64,000 bases of DNA from Podarcis pityusensis (lineage: Eukaryota), in the NCBI GenBank assembly GCA_964106645.2, contig OZ067039.1; one strand, 5' to 3'. Each line of letters starts with the position of its first letter. Positions within the stretch are counted from its first letter, which is position 1. The notes beneath the pieces were generated by a model. The model made no database searches. It was not told where the DNA came from and was given only the letters and a program-made list of their open reading frames with translations. The position numbers and the translations under genes are program-made. This document shows, piece after piece, positions 36,516 to 50,122 of this stretch.

Positions 36516-39500
36516 TAAAGATCCCTGTACCTGATTTACTTTGAATATGGCCTTTTTAAAACATAGGTCAGCTGAACTGTCTATGGAGCAGGGGGAGAAA
36601 AAATATGGATGTATGAAGGATGTAGCAGTGTGCAGAAGGGCATTATCACATCCTCTGTTTTGTCCTCCCCCCCCCCAATCCTTGTCTTAATGGTTTTTAA
36701 TGTGCTGTTTACCTTTTATTTCTTTCTTTTTTTGACAGCTGCAGCACACCGAGGTGATGTTCCCCAGCTACCTACCTCAGATCTCTTTCTGGAATGGCAA
36801 CACACATAAACACAAACACACAGAGTGTGGCTGATTCCTCCCAGCGAGCTGCCTTTAGGTGAGCCTATGTTCCAGCCAGGCACAGATCTGATGAGCAGAC
36901 AGTAAAAGGCTTGCTGAGGAGGAGGAAAGCCGTCTGCTTTCTTCTCTGTTGGTGTTTGGCCTCGGGCAGCTCATTCAGTGCCTCTCCCCAGAGAGCCCAG
37001 CAGGCATGAAGGCACAAAGACTAAAAAACACACAGCCTAGACGGAAGATCTCCCATTTGATGGGAAACACAGGGGCTTGTCTGGTAAATATTTAACCCAG
37101 GGAACTCCCCTCCATATGGATCTAACTTGCTGAGGTAGCAAAGGGCACTGAGCCCTGGGGAGCATGCCAGCACTTTCCAATACAAATACCCATCACAATG
37201 ATATAAACCATCAAGGCAGCCGAGTGGCATGTTGTCATCCCAAGTTGGGCTAAGGGGTCTGGTAGAGCAATGGAGGGAAATGTGCCTGCAGCAATTGCAG
37301 CCCTCCTTTCTGCACTTTGCATGGCTCTTGATAGTAGCCACGGAAGTGGTGAGCACAGATGCCCAGCACTCATAAGAGATGTGTGTTGTTTCCTGGCATG
37401 GATGTGAAGACTTCTGCTGGGAGAAGGAAACCAGTGTACATGTTGACTTCCCCAAACACATGAATGAAGAGATTCACACAAACACTTGGATGAATAATGG
37501 AACAGGACTTTATTGATTCATCAACAGGATCTGCAACTTGAACTGTTCATCCGAACCCCATCTTCCAGGGCAGGTACTATGGTGAGAGAGGATGTCAGTG
37601 GAAGCATCCTCCATCCATAATATGAGCCCAGGTGGATCAGATCAAAGGCCTTAATCTAGCATTGTGTTTCCCACTGTGGCCAACCAGAGTGGAAAGTCCA
37701 CAAGGAGGATGTAAGCCCAAGAACACTTGCCCACTCCTGTTCCTCAACAGCGGATGTGTTGTAAGCAAAATGTGCTTGAAGAACTTCAATAGGGCTCCTA
37801 TGAGTGTGAGATTGTGACAGTGCTCCTCCAGGGGGCCTATTTATTCAGCATCCATCCCCGGCTCATCTTGATTTGCTTACACAAAGCTTACATGGTGGTT
37901 AGTCTACGTCTGACATTCTTTCTGATTTGCTTGCAAGGTGTTTGCATGTCTTCCCATTAATCACTCCTGTTAACTGCTTTGAGGTTTTGTACAATTGCAT
38001 TTTTATGCAATTAGTACACAAACCCCACACTATTCAGTGCATTTCCCCATCACTTTCCTAACTGCAAAAAGTACCCCCCCTTATTTGCTTTTGTTGGTTT
38101 GATGTGGATTTGTTGCTTCATTTTATTTGCGCAAACGTAATATCTGGTACGCACATGAATGCATCCTGCAAAATTGTGGCAGTCTGGAGGCACCTACAGC
38201 CCACTCAGTACCTGCCTCACATTGACTGCCTTTCATGAGGCAGCAGAATGTCACAGCCCCGTGTTTCGGCTGCCTTCCTCTTCTTCCTCTTTCTTCTCCT
38301 TCCCTGTGAACACAATCACCAACCCCTAGTCGTGCTCCATGAGGGAACAGAGAAGAAAACACAATGCACAGTGAAACTGATACTCATTTGCTGGTCACGT
38401 CCAGTCCTTTTTGCCTTCCTGTGAGTTGGCTTGCATGTGGCTTAGCTTGTTCCCTGGAGACATCTGGAGCTATTAGCTCCGCTGGTTCCCAATAAAAAGA
38501 GGAGAGTGGCTGAACTTTGACTGAACCTCACCTAGGAGAACAGATTTCAGATCCTAGTTCAGCTGCCTTTGCAATGAGTTGCACACTGGACAAATCATTG
38601 CCCCTCAATCTTAATTATTGAACTGTAGAATGGGGAGAAAAGGTACTCAGTGCTTTTTGCTCACAGCTATGTCTTAAAGGGCTGTTTTCTGTTTAATGGT
38701 TGTTACCTAAAGTGCCTGTGGTGGGATACAGATGGAAATAGGGGTAAAACAGGACTATGTATCCCATTTCCCCACACCTTCATAAATCTCCTTTTAGTGC
38801 CCCATTTCAATGTTTGAAAATAACCAATTTGTTTCAAAACAGCCTAAAAATAAGCTCAAAATGCAGAGAAATGGGTGGGGTGGGGGAGGTGGCCAGAACG
38901 ATAAATATTTCATGTTTCAATCTGGAGTTTAGCATGAAAAGGAGTAAATATTTTAAACTCCAGCAGCAGTTATGGTGGCTGGAGAGAAAGCAACACTGTT
39001 GAATATTTTAACATCTGGAGCCACTTAGTGGCAGGGAAAAAAGCACTTTTGATCTGAAGAGATAGGGCTAAATTTCTCTTGCTGTGCATAATGCCCACTC
39101 TATTAGCCAGACAACTTTGTCTTGGAATTCTGGGAGGCTCTGGCTGTGCTCAGGGATGTGAATATTTTGTGCATCTGTGTGAGAGCCACTTAGTGCGTAA
39201 TCTGGAACATGGTGTAGAAGTGATCTGAAAAATCTCAGCTCTATATATTTTTTTGATTACAAGAGGTGGGGAGAAGAAGAATCTAGCCCTCATGGTTTCA
39301 GTGCAGTGTTTCCTAACATTTATCCTGTTTTCAGTAAAAACAACAACAAAACAAAAATGATAAAGTAGTATGTGCCCTAGGCAAAGCTTGCAGTTAACAG
39401 GGCACAAGTTTTCTCTTTCCTGTTCAGAAGTCCTGCTTTGTGACAATTCATTTTGTAGCTTTGAGTGCTACTCTCAGTGTGTTAGTGGACATGCTATTTT

Positions 39501-39687
39501 ATGTAAAACTAGGATGTCTTCCCCAGCTTAGTGCTCTTCAGATGTCAGTGAGCCCATCCCCCATTTTGTCTGGGGCCGATGGGAGTTGCAATTCAAAATA
39601 TTCCATAGAATCATAGAATTGTAGTTGGAAGGGATGCCAAGGGTCATCTAGTCCAACCCCTGCAAATCAGGAATCTCAGCTAAAGTA

Positions 39688-39946
39688 CCGTATTTTTTGC
39701 TCTATAAGACTCACTTTTTCCCTCCTAAAAAGTAAGGGGAAATTTGTGTGCGTCTTATGGAGCGAATGCAAGCTGCGCAGCTATCCCAGAAGCCAGAACA
39801 GCAAGAGGGATTGCTACTTACACTGTGCAGCGATCCCTCTTGCTGTTCTGGCTTCTGAGATTCAGAATTATTTTTTTCTTGTTTTCCTCTTCCAAAAACT
39901 AGGTGCGTCTTGTGGTCTGGTGCGTCTTATAGAGCGAAAAACACGG
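39688..39946 (+). mobile_element. Tc1/mariner-superfamily (Tc2/pogo-like) MITE with internal hairpin, copy 1, inserted in a CR1 3' end
   Basis: TIRs CCGTATTTTTTGCTCTATAAGAC / GTCTTATAGAGCGAAAAACACGG; TA TSD; internal inverted repeat 39787-39857. Confidence 0.92.
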
Positions 39947-41646
39947 TAACTATGACAGATGTCACCAGGAGGGCACCAGGTTGGGGAATTTTGATCTAAA
40001 TAATCAGGGAGTGAAGGACCATCCAAGCAAAATGTTCACAGTGCTAAATATTTGCACAGATTCTTCATGGTAATTACATTTTTTAAAAAAGCTCTGAAGC
40101 TACCAGTATATTGTTACGAGTTTCCAGCTAAGCCCAAGCAAGAGATAGCAGTGCAAGAAGGCATCTCAAGCCTTGGGTTTGGCTATATTTCTTTTGGGTT
40201 CAATTGATTAGTCTGGCTAATTAAACATATAACACATTCTATTATCAGACACTCACCGACTCTATTTTATAGCTCTTGCAAATATGCTTTCTATTACCCA
40301 GCTCTGACATAACACATAGAGCCATTAGGGAAGCCTTTGAAGGAGCTATTCTTTATAGATGGCTCTTTGCTAAATTGACTGCTTAATCAGGGTTTTTATT
40401 AAAGCTCTTCTCTCTCCCCTCCTCCTGTCTGGTTACATCTTTGGACATTCAGCACAGCATGGAACAAAGATGCCATCCATAGCTCTGTCGTACGTGGCTT
40501 TCTATCACATGCTCACAGTCCCTTGATTTAAATTTATCTCCCACCAGAGAACCATAATCCGGAAGCACAATTAGCTTCTAGCGCCTCTGGTAGAAGACCA
40601 GGTTCTTTGCAGTCAACACAGGCCTAACTGCATTTCAGACTGCACTCACCTAGTGTGGAATTATTAAAATCTAATTAGTGAATTTGTTCAGTTAATTAAA
40701 GGAGAAGGGAGATGTTAAGCTCCCAGTTTGCTGAGTTTCTTTGTAGCCAATGCCTTAAGGTCCGCTCATCTGTTCACTTATATGGTCGTTCATTTCTGCC
40801 CCAGCTTTCCTCCATGTGGTTCTCTCCCTCCCCCATTAAATTCTCACAAAGACCCTGTGAGGTTAGACTGAGAGATGGTGCCTGGCTTAAGGCTACCCAG
40901 TGAGCTACATGGATGAATGAGGATTTGAATCCTCGTGCCCTAACCCAACACTCTAACCACTATTCCACACTGACTGTTTCTGCCTAGTGGTTTCAGCAAA
41001 ACCTGAAACAAATGACATACAGGTTTTGAATCATCAAAGAACACCGGCAAATTTTCCATTCGCTTATTTTATATGCCTGTCAAGTATTCAGTTTCTGAGA
41101 AATATTTCAATCACTGAAAGAGATGAGTAAATTGAACATTTAACATTCAATACGGGGGAAGTAGAATGTTAACCCTTCAAACTTTGTCAAACCTGTTCTT
41201 ATTATGGAGTAATTAGACTTCGTTCATGTTGAGCCATTGGCCATTGGCAATGGGCATTGTATGAGCAAGTGGACTGATCTGAATTGAACTGAGGGTTTCA
41301 GGATGACTGGAGGATGCAGAAAAATGAAAACTGTGGTAAATTCAGAGTTATTCTGAGGAATCTTTTGGAAGACTGTCTGTCTCTAAGCACAGCAGCTATA
41401 GTTGAACTTTTCTTCTTCCTTTACAAGTAGTTTGTGTTTTGAAAATGCATCTTCTGTCTGATCACATGAGTAAATAAGTGAATATCTCAACTGAAAGATC
41501 AGGACACACAAGATGTGACTGGAAATGCACATAGTGCACTCACAAATTCTGTTTAAACAGTTGTGGAACATTACAGCCAGAACTGAAGAAGAATGTAGAT
41601 ATAGTTAACTTAATCTGTGTGATACTAAAATCTCACAATTTATTTA

Positions 41647-41904
41647 CAGTATTTTTCGCTCTATAAGACGCACCAGACCATAAGATGCACCTAGTTTTTG
41701 GAGGAGGAAAAGAAGAAAAAAATATTCTGAATCCCAGAAGCCAGAACAGCAAGAGGGATCGCTGCACAGCGAAAGCAGCAATCCCTCTTGCTGTTCTGGC
41801 TTCTGGGATAGCTGCGCAGCCTGCATTCACTCCATAAGACACACACACATTTCCCCTTACTTTTTAGGAGGAAAAAAGTGAGTCTTATAGAGCAAAAAAT
41901 ACGG
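41647..41904 (-). mobile_element. Tc2/pogo-like MITE with internal hairpin, copy 2 (inverted relative to copy 1)
   Basis: TIRs CAGTATTTTTCGCTCTATAAGAC / GTCTTATAGAGCAAAAAATACGG; TA TSD; 35-bp internal stem 41731-41809. Confidence 0.92.
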
Positions 41905-43123
41905 TATTTTTTACAATAAAAGACACGGCTCAAAATATTTACACACTCCTCCCTGGTGAACTCTGAAGAAAAGCTCACTCAAGGCAAGCCTGATTTCCCA
42001 CACTAAAATCCTCCTCTAAGTTGCCCCATTTCATAACATCCCTGGCATTATATAATTTCCTGGTATGCCAGAGATAAGAGGTGCCTAAAAGCACATAATC
42101 ACTCTGATATTAATATGAGATATTTTAAATTGCCTTCAGGCACACATTTACTTAAAAAATAAAACCAATTTGTACACAATGTATACATGTGAAATTCCCA
42201 AATCCTTCCAAAATTCACAAAATGTGCCGATCATATTTTACTATTAATGTGTGCTCTTTACAGTTCCTGAATATCCATAGCTGTTGTCTATCAATGCCTA
42301 TGCTCTGAAAGTAACGGAACCATCCAAATTTTAGTCTCAGAGAGACCTTGACAGAGGAGTGAACTTTTAGATGTATAAAAATGTATGCTAAACATGCCCT
42401 TTTACTATCGGTTTTATGTTCCCAAAAATTCTTCAGCGCTCAGGGTTAATTATGCTTGGCTGGAGAGAAAGCTAAGGAGAAGATCCTCCCAAAGCCCACA
42501 CTTACTTATCAGTGAGCCCAGCAGAACTTCCCATGGACACTCTCATTGCATAGCCCTGAAGGGTGGGATGCTTCAGCACCATGGCTAGAGCTTGGAAGAT
42601 GACAAGTTTGGGAGGAGAAGGAAAGCAGCCATGACTCCTAATGATCCATTCATTGATTTTCACAGATGGCTGCAAACTCCTGTAAAGGGCTTTCCCCTTG
42701 GACTTCTCCTGTGTGGCAAAGGGATTCATGGGATGTCTACTAGCCATCCCAGGCCTGAGTCCTAGCAGAAGGGGTCACTAGGAATTAGGGCTTGCGATCA
42801 TGAAAATCACAGCAAGGCTTTGCAACTTCTGCCCATGTAGTATAATGAGCATCTTACTTCAAAATTGAACCAGGGGCCACCCTGAGATTATACTTGGTAA
42901 GTAGTGCAGCCCTAGGAGTCCACATCAGTCCTGATTTTTTTTTTTTAAATGCAGTTTTAATAGATAATTCTTCAGCTTTGATATGTCTACCTTCAACCCA
43001 ACTCCACTCATTTCCAAGTTATGCCCATAAACCTGATGGGACTATCAAGCTTATTTGTTGTTTATATGGTTTGTGAGTGTGTATGTACGTGTTTAAACTT
43101 GGGTGCCAACATGCAAGTAGAAT

Positions 43124-43438
43124 CAGGGCCGTCTTACCCATAGACGCTAGGGGTGTGGGGCACCCGGGTGCTGGGCTCTCAGGGGCACCAGGCCGAGAGT
43201 CCGGGGCCTGAGAGTTGAGTCCGGGGAAGAGCCCACCTGTTGGCTGGAGCGCCACAGCGGGCTCTTCTACTGTGGGCGGCTCTGCACTGCGAGTTCGGGA
43301 GCGACCGAGCCAGCAAGATGCTAAGGCGGCCGGCCAGCTCTGCCCTCCTGTGTGCCTGGGACTGGGCAACCTGGGGGGGGGGGGCGGTGCCGGGCGGATC
43401 TTTGCACCCTGGGGCTGCATATGCTTAAGACAGCCCTG
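43124..43438. mobile_element. GC-rich hAT MITE
   Basis: TIRs CAGGGCCGTCTTA / TAAGACAGCCCTG; 8-bp TSD agtagaat / agcagaat. Confidence 0.88.
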
Positions 43439-44199
43439 AGCAGAATACAGCTTGTGCAATTGATCCTTCTCAATTACTCTCCCCAAAAACCTCTTCAAAG
43501 GGTCAGGGGACCTGCTACAAATTACAGGTTGTGTCCTACATGGCTGTAGTGGAATAAGGATATTGCATAAAAGCAGACACAGGAATGTTGTGCTGCTTTT
43601 ACAGGTTTCCTGATTTGTAGTGGTTCTTCCATTCCACTACGGCCCTGGAAAATCCAATGCCCAGCAGTTACCCTGACTCTCTGAAGTAGGGAATTGGGGA
43701 GGGCAGGGAAAAAGACATGCAAGTGTTATGTGGGATACAATTTCTTGTATTTACATTGTATTGGCTTCATTTTGTTAGCTGTCTTGAAGCGCAGAAAGGC
43801 GAGGGGTAAATCTGACAATTAACCAATTAATCCAAATCCATTCTTTGGCACCTTTCTTTGTTCTGTTTTACTGATTTGTTCGGTTTCTTTGATAGAACCA
43901 GCACAACATTTGCTTGCATGTTTCAACCCAAACAGGAAATTTCACTAGATGATAGGCCTGGAATAGTTCAGTTCAACCTCCTCTCAAAGGTGGAATCCAT
44001 CCTGACTGTAAAAAATATTTCTAATTTGTTAGTCATTGGGACAGATCAAGATATTCCATTTCAAGGAGAAACTTCATATATTGAGTGACACAAAGCCAGT
44101 TGATTGAAGCAAACTTGCCCAGACTCAGGCCTTTCAAACTAATTACACAAAGGCACAAATCACCATTGCTTTAATGCTTCTGAAAGAAGGCTATTTTTA

Positions 44200-44305
44200 T
44201 ATTGATGTTTCTATTATGTTTTTAGATATGCTGTAAGCCACCCAGAGTGGCTGGGGAAACCCAGCCAGATGGGCAGGGCATAAATAAAATTGTTGTTGTT
44301 GTTGT
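44200..44305 (+). mobile_element. L2-clade LINE extreme 3' end
   Basis: AAGCCACCCAGAGTGGCTGGGGAAACCCAGCCAGATGGGCAGGGCATAAATAAAA plus (TTG)n tail. Confidence 0.85.
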
Positions 44306-47300
44306 GGTAATGTGTAAAAGCCTTTCTATGTACCAAGTAAAGCACTTACTGGCATCCTTAGGCAGCAAAGCACTTGCATTTCTCTGATACTTAAGAGCAC
44401 ACATAATGTTGAATAGTAACAAAGGTGCTCAGCTGAATTTGAACCTAGAAATTTTTACACTTCCTATTTGCCTCCCTTGCTTTTCTTGATATTTGTGCTG
44501 TTTCTTCATATTTTTCTCTCCTCTCCCTACTTACACAGAAGCCCTAAATTCAGGATAAGAACACAAATCCTTCCAAAGAATTAGCTTTTTCCTGCTGTAC
44601 CAGAGAGACATCTTTCAAGCAAAAGGTGGAAGATGTGAAGTAACAGATGCAAAAGAGGCTGGAAATTGCTAATCTCTCGTTGCTGTTTAGTAATTTGTTT
44701 TTGGCCTTTGGGATATTAAAACGGAAACATTTTGTGACTGGGCTTTCATAAAAAGGCTTTAACTCTTTGATTGACAACTTCCGTAATAACTTTTTTTCCC
44801 TTTTAATAAGGCATCACATTAAGTTAATCTTTAAATGAAGTCAATTACAGCTTGTATCTCAGAGATCAAATGCTGCTTTAAATCCTGTGGGGTGTGAGGG
44901 CACAGGAAGGACAGCCTTTATGTAAATATAGCCATTGGCTCTGGCTGGAAATGGATAACACAAAACACTAAAGGATAATGTCACTTATAATATCCCAAGA
45001 TTATGTGATCAAAAATCATAGGAAGGATACCTTTGGTTGGGGGAGGGAATACCCCCAAACATGGTTTTGCCTGTAGTAGAGAAGGCTTCAGTTCTTGTAG
45101 AGATGAGCAGCTGCTTTCATGTTTTGAAGATTTGCTTTCAAGTTGCAGTCAATTCCCAACTTCATACTCACCTTTTAAAATGTTTCAAGTATTACTGTAA
45201 CACTGAAGCTTTTGTCAAGATCCTCCTGTGCCTAGCCATAATTTGAACATGGCATATTCTTGGCCTTATTACTTCCCATTTACATGGCCACAGGAATTAG
45301 TGCCAGTGGTGAATTGCAATCCTAACCATGTCTGCTCAGAAGTAAGCCAATGGGGTCAACTGCCATGTCTGTAGGGTTAGGGCTGCAGCTTTAGCGGCTT
45401 AAATAATATGTGCAAATTGGTGCTAGAGGGAGTATATGCAGCATGTACATAATCAGCAGTAGTGATAGAACTCACCATGAACTCTTCACTTGTTCTCTTA
45501 TCATGGCAATGGCACCCACCTGAGAGGTGCCAGAACAGAGTTCCAATGAGTTCCAGTCCCAGGACACTGAGATCTTAAGGAGGAGAACAGAATTCCTCCT
45601 TATTCCTACCAATTCCTACTCAATATCACCTCCCCAAGCTGCTTCTCCTGGAGTTCTAGATCCATACTGACACTTGCCAGATCTTGGCGCTGGTGCTCCT
45701 GGTTCTCTGCACAAAGACTATGGCGTACTGTGTTATGACTGAGCTCCCAGAAACATTTTACCATCTTCAGGTTGGTGACGTTGCTTACCTGCTCCTCTCC
45801 TCCGTAGGCGAGGGAACGCCACCTTTTCTTCAGCCACGTTTTGTGAGGAAGCGAAACCACCCACCTCCTTTTTCGTCCAGACAAAAGGATGGGACAGACC
45901 AGCCTTCTCCTATTACAATCAGACTCCTGAGAAATTTCCAGTCTGGCCTGTCTCTGGGGACTGCACTGTTTTTCTTTCAAGTAATGGTATATCATTAGGA
46001 GAAGCCGTGGCAGCACCTAGGATTAAGGAAGGCTGTATTCATCGCTCCCTTCCCTGCTGTTCCGGGCAGATTTGCAGCAGGTGCCTGATTCGGCATTCCA
46101 CCAGGCCCTTCCTTGGACGCCAGCCAGTCTGAAGGCAACAGGGAGCAGCTGTCCATCCAGTCGCTTTGGGCTGGGGGAGGGTGGAGGCCCTTGAGCACCA
46201 GGAAGGACAAGCTTCGCCTTGGCCTTAGTCCTAAGCCAAGCTAATTCTCTTTTAGTAAGACGATCACATTTGTATATGCACAGCATCAAGAATCTGGCTA
46301 AGCTCAGGTTTTGGTGGTGTGTGTGTGTGTTTTCTAGTTAGAATTGAAAATGCAACTCTTAAAAGATACATGCATTTAGCCAGCCTGGTGAAACTGCCCT
46401 GGAACTCCTAGCATGACATCTCTCCCCCCCCCCACCCCAAACAGGACATTTCAAGGTATTCAGGCACCTGGTGTCTATCAAGGCAGGCTTCAAAGCCCCA
46501 TCTTCTGAATGTCAACATAACAAAACTATTTTGGAGATTTGATCTTTGGAGGTTTTTCTTTGCCACCATTTTCTTTGGGATTTTGTTTCCCCTTTAGCTA
46601 GGTGGAAACAATTGGGAATTTTGCCGCCGATTAGAAAGGACAAAAGAAAACAAATGACACTCGCAGCACTTAAAACCCACCTTGAAATTGCTACATTCCA
46701 ATGGGAAATGATATGCATGCATGTATTTCTAGCTGAGAACGATGCACAGCGATCCATTTTCGTTGTTTTAAGGAGATGCTAGATATATTGACTCAGAGCT
46801 TTTGGCTCCAGTGCTTCTCAAACACTGTCACTGGATTGCAAGACTGGGTGGAACTAAGTGGTGTATGGACTGCCAGCACTTGCATATGATTCATAAGTGC
46901 TGGGATTCCTCATACTGCTTTGCTGCCCCAAAGATTTGTAATACAGTACAGTACCAGTAAAGACCAACAAGTTTATCCAGGTGTGAAATATTCCCCACTC
47001 CCCAGCTATACAGGTCTGTAAAGTGTGTTCTTGTCTCCAGGACCATAATTCCCCCTCCCAAAATTTAGATTTCATATACCCTGCCCTATTCTTGTTCCAT
47101 CAGTTAGATTTCTATTTCAGCTCTTCCTTGTTAACTTCACCAAGTATATACCTTCTCCTTTCTTCTCTCGTTTTGTCTGCGTGTGCTAAACAGCTTTTTT
47201 TTTTTTTAAAACCTTTAGAACTTTCTGGGCCAACCAACTGTCTATACTGGATAGAGTAGTAGGGCAATTAGACGTATGGTAAATAAGGCCCCAGAAACAT

Positions 47301-48334
47301 TTAAACCATTAAAAAAAATCAGAGGTAAATATCGGGGGGGGGGGGAAATCTTATTTAAAAAAATACTTTTAACAATTTCTCATAAAAACAAGAGAGGGTA
47401 ACGACTCTGTCTCTCAACCTAGATAAGATAATTTCACTAGTGAGGCTTGCAATAATCACTTTCTATCCCTTACTTCAGTTTTTGGGTGGCCCAGTCCAGT
47501 TCCTCCCCTCTCAGAGTCATGCACAAACACTTTTCAGCATTTTCACTCTTTTTAATTCTCCCCTAATATACTTATTAAATCCCCTTATATCATTTCAACT
47601 CCCACTCCCAAACTCTTGCCCAGTCAGAAGAGGAAGAGAGTCCTGGAAAAGTTTCTGTTCCCCAAGACCTGTTAGGTTTCTCATTCCTTCCCTGATGCAG
47701 GGGAGTTTCCACGTGCTTTAGGTTTGTGCTCCCTGTAATTGTTTGCTTCTTTAATTTTCAAGCCCCACTGCCCCTGAACTAGCAGATTTCTAGGCTAAAC
47801 GTTTGACCATGCTGTGAACTTTTGAACCTCCTGGTCAGAGCAAACCACTTAAAAGAGAAGCAATCATTTAACCAACAAAAGAGAATACAAAATGGCAGGA
47901 CAGTTACATTTCTTCGCAATGTGGAACAGTATGTTTCTGTGGCTCTATCTCATGCAATTCATGTAATGACACAAACCTAAGAAGTAACTTATGTCTTGTA
48001 AGTCCATTAGTCCATTAAGTATTGTCTACTCTGATGGACAACAGATCTCTGGGATTTGTGACAGCCTGATAAACTTGGAGATGCCAGGAAGCTTCTGTGG
48101 GCAAAGTGTGGACTCTTCCATTGAATAGGGATGTAACAAGACAAGTTATGTTCTGTTCCTCACACGCAGCACTGTTCCCATTCTTCTACAGTTCTGCTTC
48201 TGACAAAAACTGCATTATTCGGCTCACTGTCTGCTGTGGTGGAATTTTATGTAGTTAATTACAAAATTAATTAGATTTTCATTGCATTATTCCACACTAT
48301 TCATTTCAATGCAAAGGAGAGCAAGCAAGGAAGG

Positions 48335-48338
<4 letters not shown>

Positions 48339-48407
<69 letters not shown>
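48339..48407. repeat. Compound (GT)n(GA)n microsatellite
   Basis: Direct inspection. Confidence 0.95.
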
Positions 48408-48410
<3 letters not shown>

Positions 48411-48610
48411 CTCTTAGGTCACATCCACACCAGCTGGAGTTTATAGTCCTAAATCTGGTTGGCTACTGTGAGAACAGGATGTTTGACCAAATGGGCCACT
48501 GACTTGATCCATCAGTGTCGTCTTATGTTTTACCTGGTTCACATTTGGTATAAATGTCAGTAAGCTTCCTATTTTCTAATGCAAAGTTACATGCGAGCAA
48601 GTCCTATTGA

Positions 48611-48844
48611 GAGCCAGTGGGGTGGACTCGTAATCTGGTGAACCGGGTTCTCGTCTCCGCTCCTCCCCAGGCAGCTGCTGGGTGACCTTGGGCTAGTCAC
48701 ACTTCTTTGAAGTCTCTCAGCCCCACTCACCTCACAGAGTGTTTGTTGTGGGGGAGGAAGGGAAAGGAGAATGTTAGCCTCTTTGAGACTCCTTCGGGTA
48801 GTGATAAAGCGGGATATCAAATCCAAACTCTTCTTCTTCTTCTT
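48611..48844 (+). mobile_element. Squam2-type SINE with the A-box region deleted
   Basis: Homologous to 8289-8549 but lacks most of the TGGCGTAGTGGTTAAGAGT segment; (CTT)n tail. Confidence 0.9.
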
Positions 48845-50122
48845 GAAATCAATGGAACTTCTGACTAGACAAGTATAGGATTGAACTCCTGGATAGCTCT
48901 TACTCTGAAGGAGCCCCACCTCCAGAACCCTGGACAACTAGATCGATCCTGTAACCTTTTCAGATAGCATGCAAGAGGTTTCCTTCTCATGTCCTCCATC
49001 TCTTACATTAATGCAACTTCAGAATAGCCTGCTTTTAAGCCATATCATAGAAATAACAGGTTGCTGCTGAAGAATGTAGGTGAGGTTTCAAAACAAAAGT
49101 CCTCTGCTTGATGGCATTAAGCCCCAGAGCCCTAGGCTTCCTTCAATAACATTGTTCTTGTTGTTTCTATCACAGCTTCCTTGGCTCTTGGCAAGACACT
49201 CAACATGCCTGACACTCAACTCTGGCCCCAGGCTCTCCCTTCCCCATGACATCCCTCATGGCATTTCCACTGAAGTTTAGATCTCAAAAATAAGTAAATA
49301 AATAGGTAAGCGAGGGCCCCATCGCCTGGCCTCCCCTCCTGCACCAGCACTCTCATCGCATCCCCTCTGAATGCTGCTTCCCAGAGATAAGCCTCTGGCA
49401 TTTTTCCTCCCAGCCTCCAATCAGGCATTATCATAAGAAAGTGCAAGGCATCTATCAGCCACACAGCTCAGTGATTTATGTTCAAAGTTAGGATTATCTA
49501 TTCTGCTCCAAATCCCTTCAAACAGCAAACTGGATAAGAGAGAATCACATTCACCAGATAAAATTGGAATATAGGTTCATGTAACAGAATGACAGGCAGG
49601 TCTTTATCTATGAACTGCTCCAACCACCTCATTTTGTCAGGAATTGTTCTTTAGCCCCAGCATGGGACTCTTCCAGTGACCTTAATGACACCCTTGCAGC
49701 TTTCTCCCTCTGTGCTCTGCACAGCTGGCTGTTTGCAGAGTTCCTTTCCAAGGAAAGGGTAATATCCCAGCAATAATTCAAGAGCTGAAGGGTGAATGAG
49801 AGAGAGGTTTCTAGGCACAGAGCCAGGACAGAGGGACCTTGCCATTTTTGCAGTCAGGCTGCATAGCAGTACCGCTATTCTCAGCCTGTTATGGTAAACT
49901 AGAGGGATCCATGTAATGTGCCATGGGTGCAGAGGTGCCCTGCCCTAGATTCCATGAGTTGATGCTCATCTGTGAAGTTAGCCTGACTCTCAGCTGACTA
50001 TCGGGCCTGGGAAAACTAGGGACAGGAGTGAAGGTGGAGCATCACCTTTCAGTCAGCCTCCCAAGCTAAGCGCATCATTAGGATTGATGCTTATGTTTTC
50101 TAAAGGTTGCAATCCTAAGCAG

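Noticed and set aside
37020-37520. Possible LTR or long minus-strand ORFs
   Set aside because: No TG..CA ends, TSD, PBS or recognisable protein motif found
43124-43438. CpG-rich patch resembling a CpG island, with overlapping ORFs
   Set aside because: Bounded by TIRs and an 8-bp TSD; it is a hAT MITE
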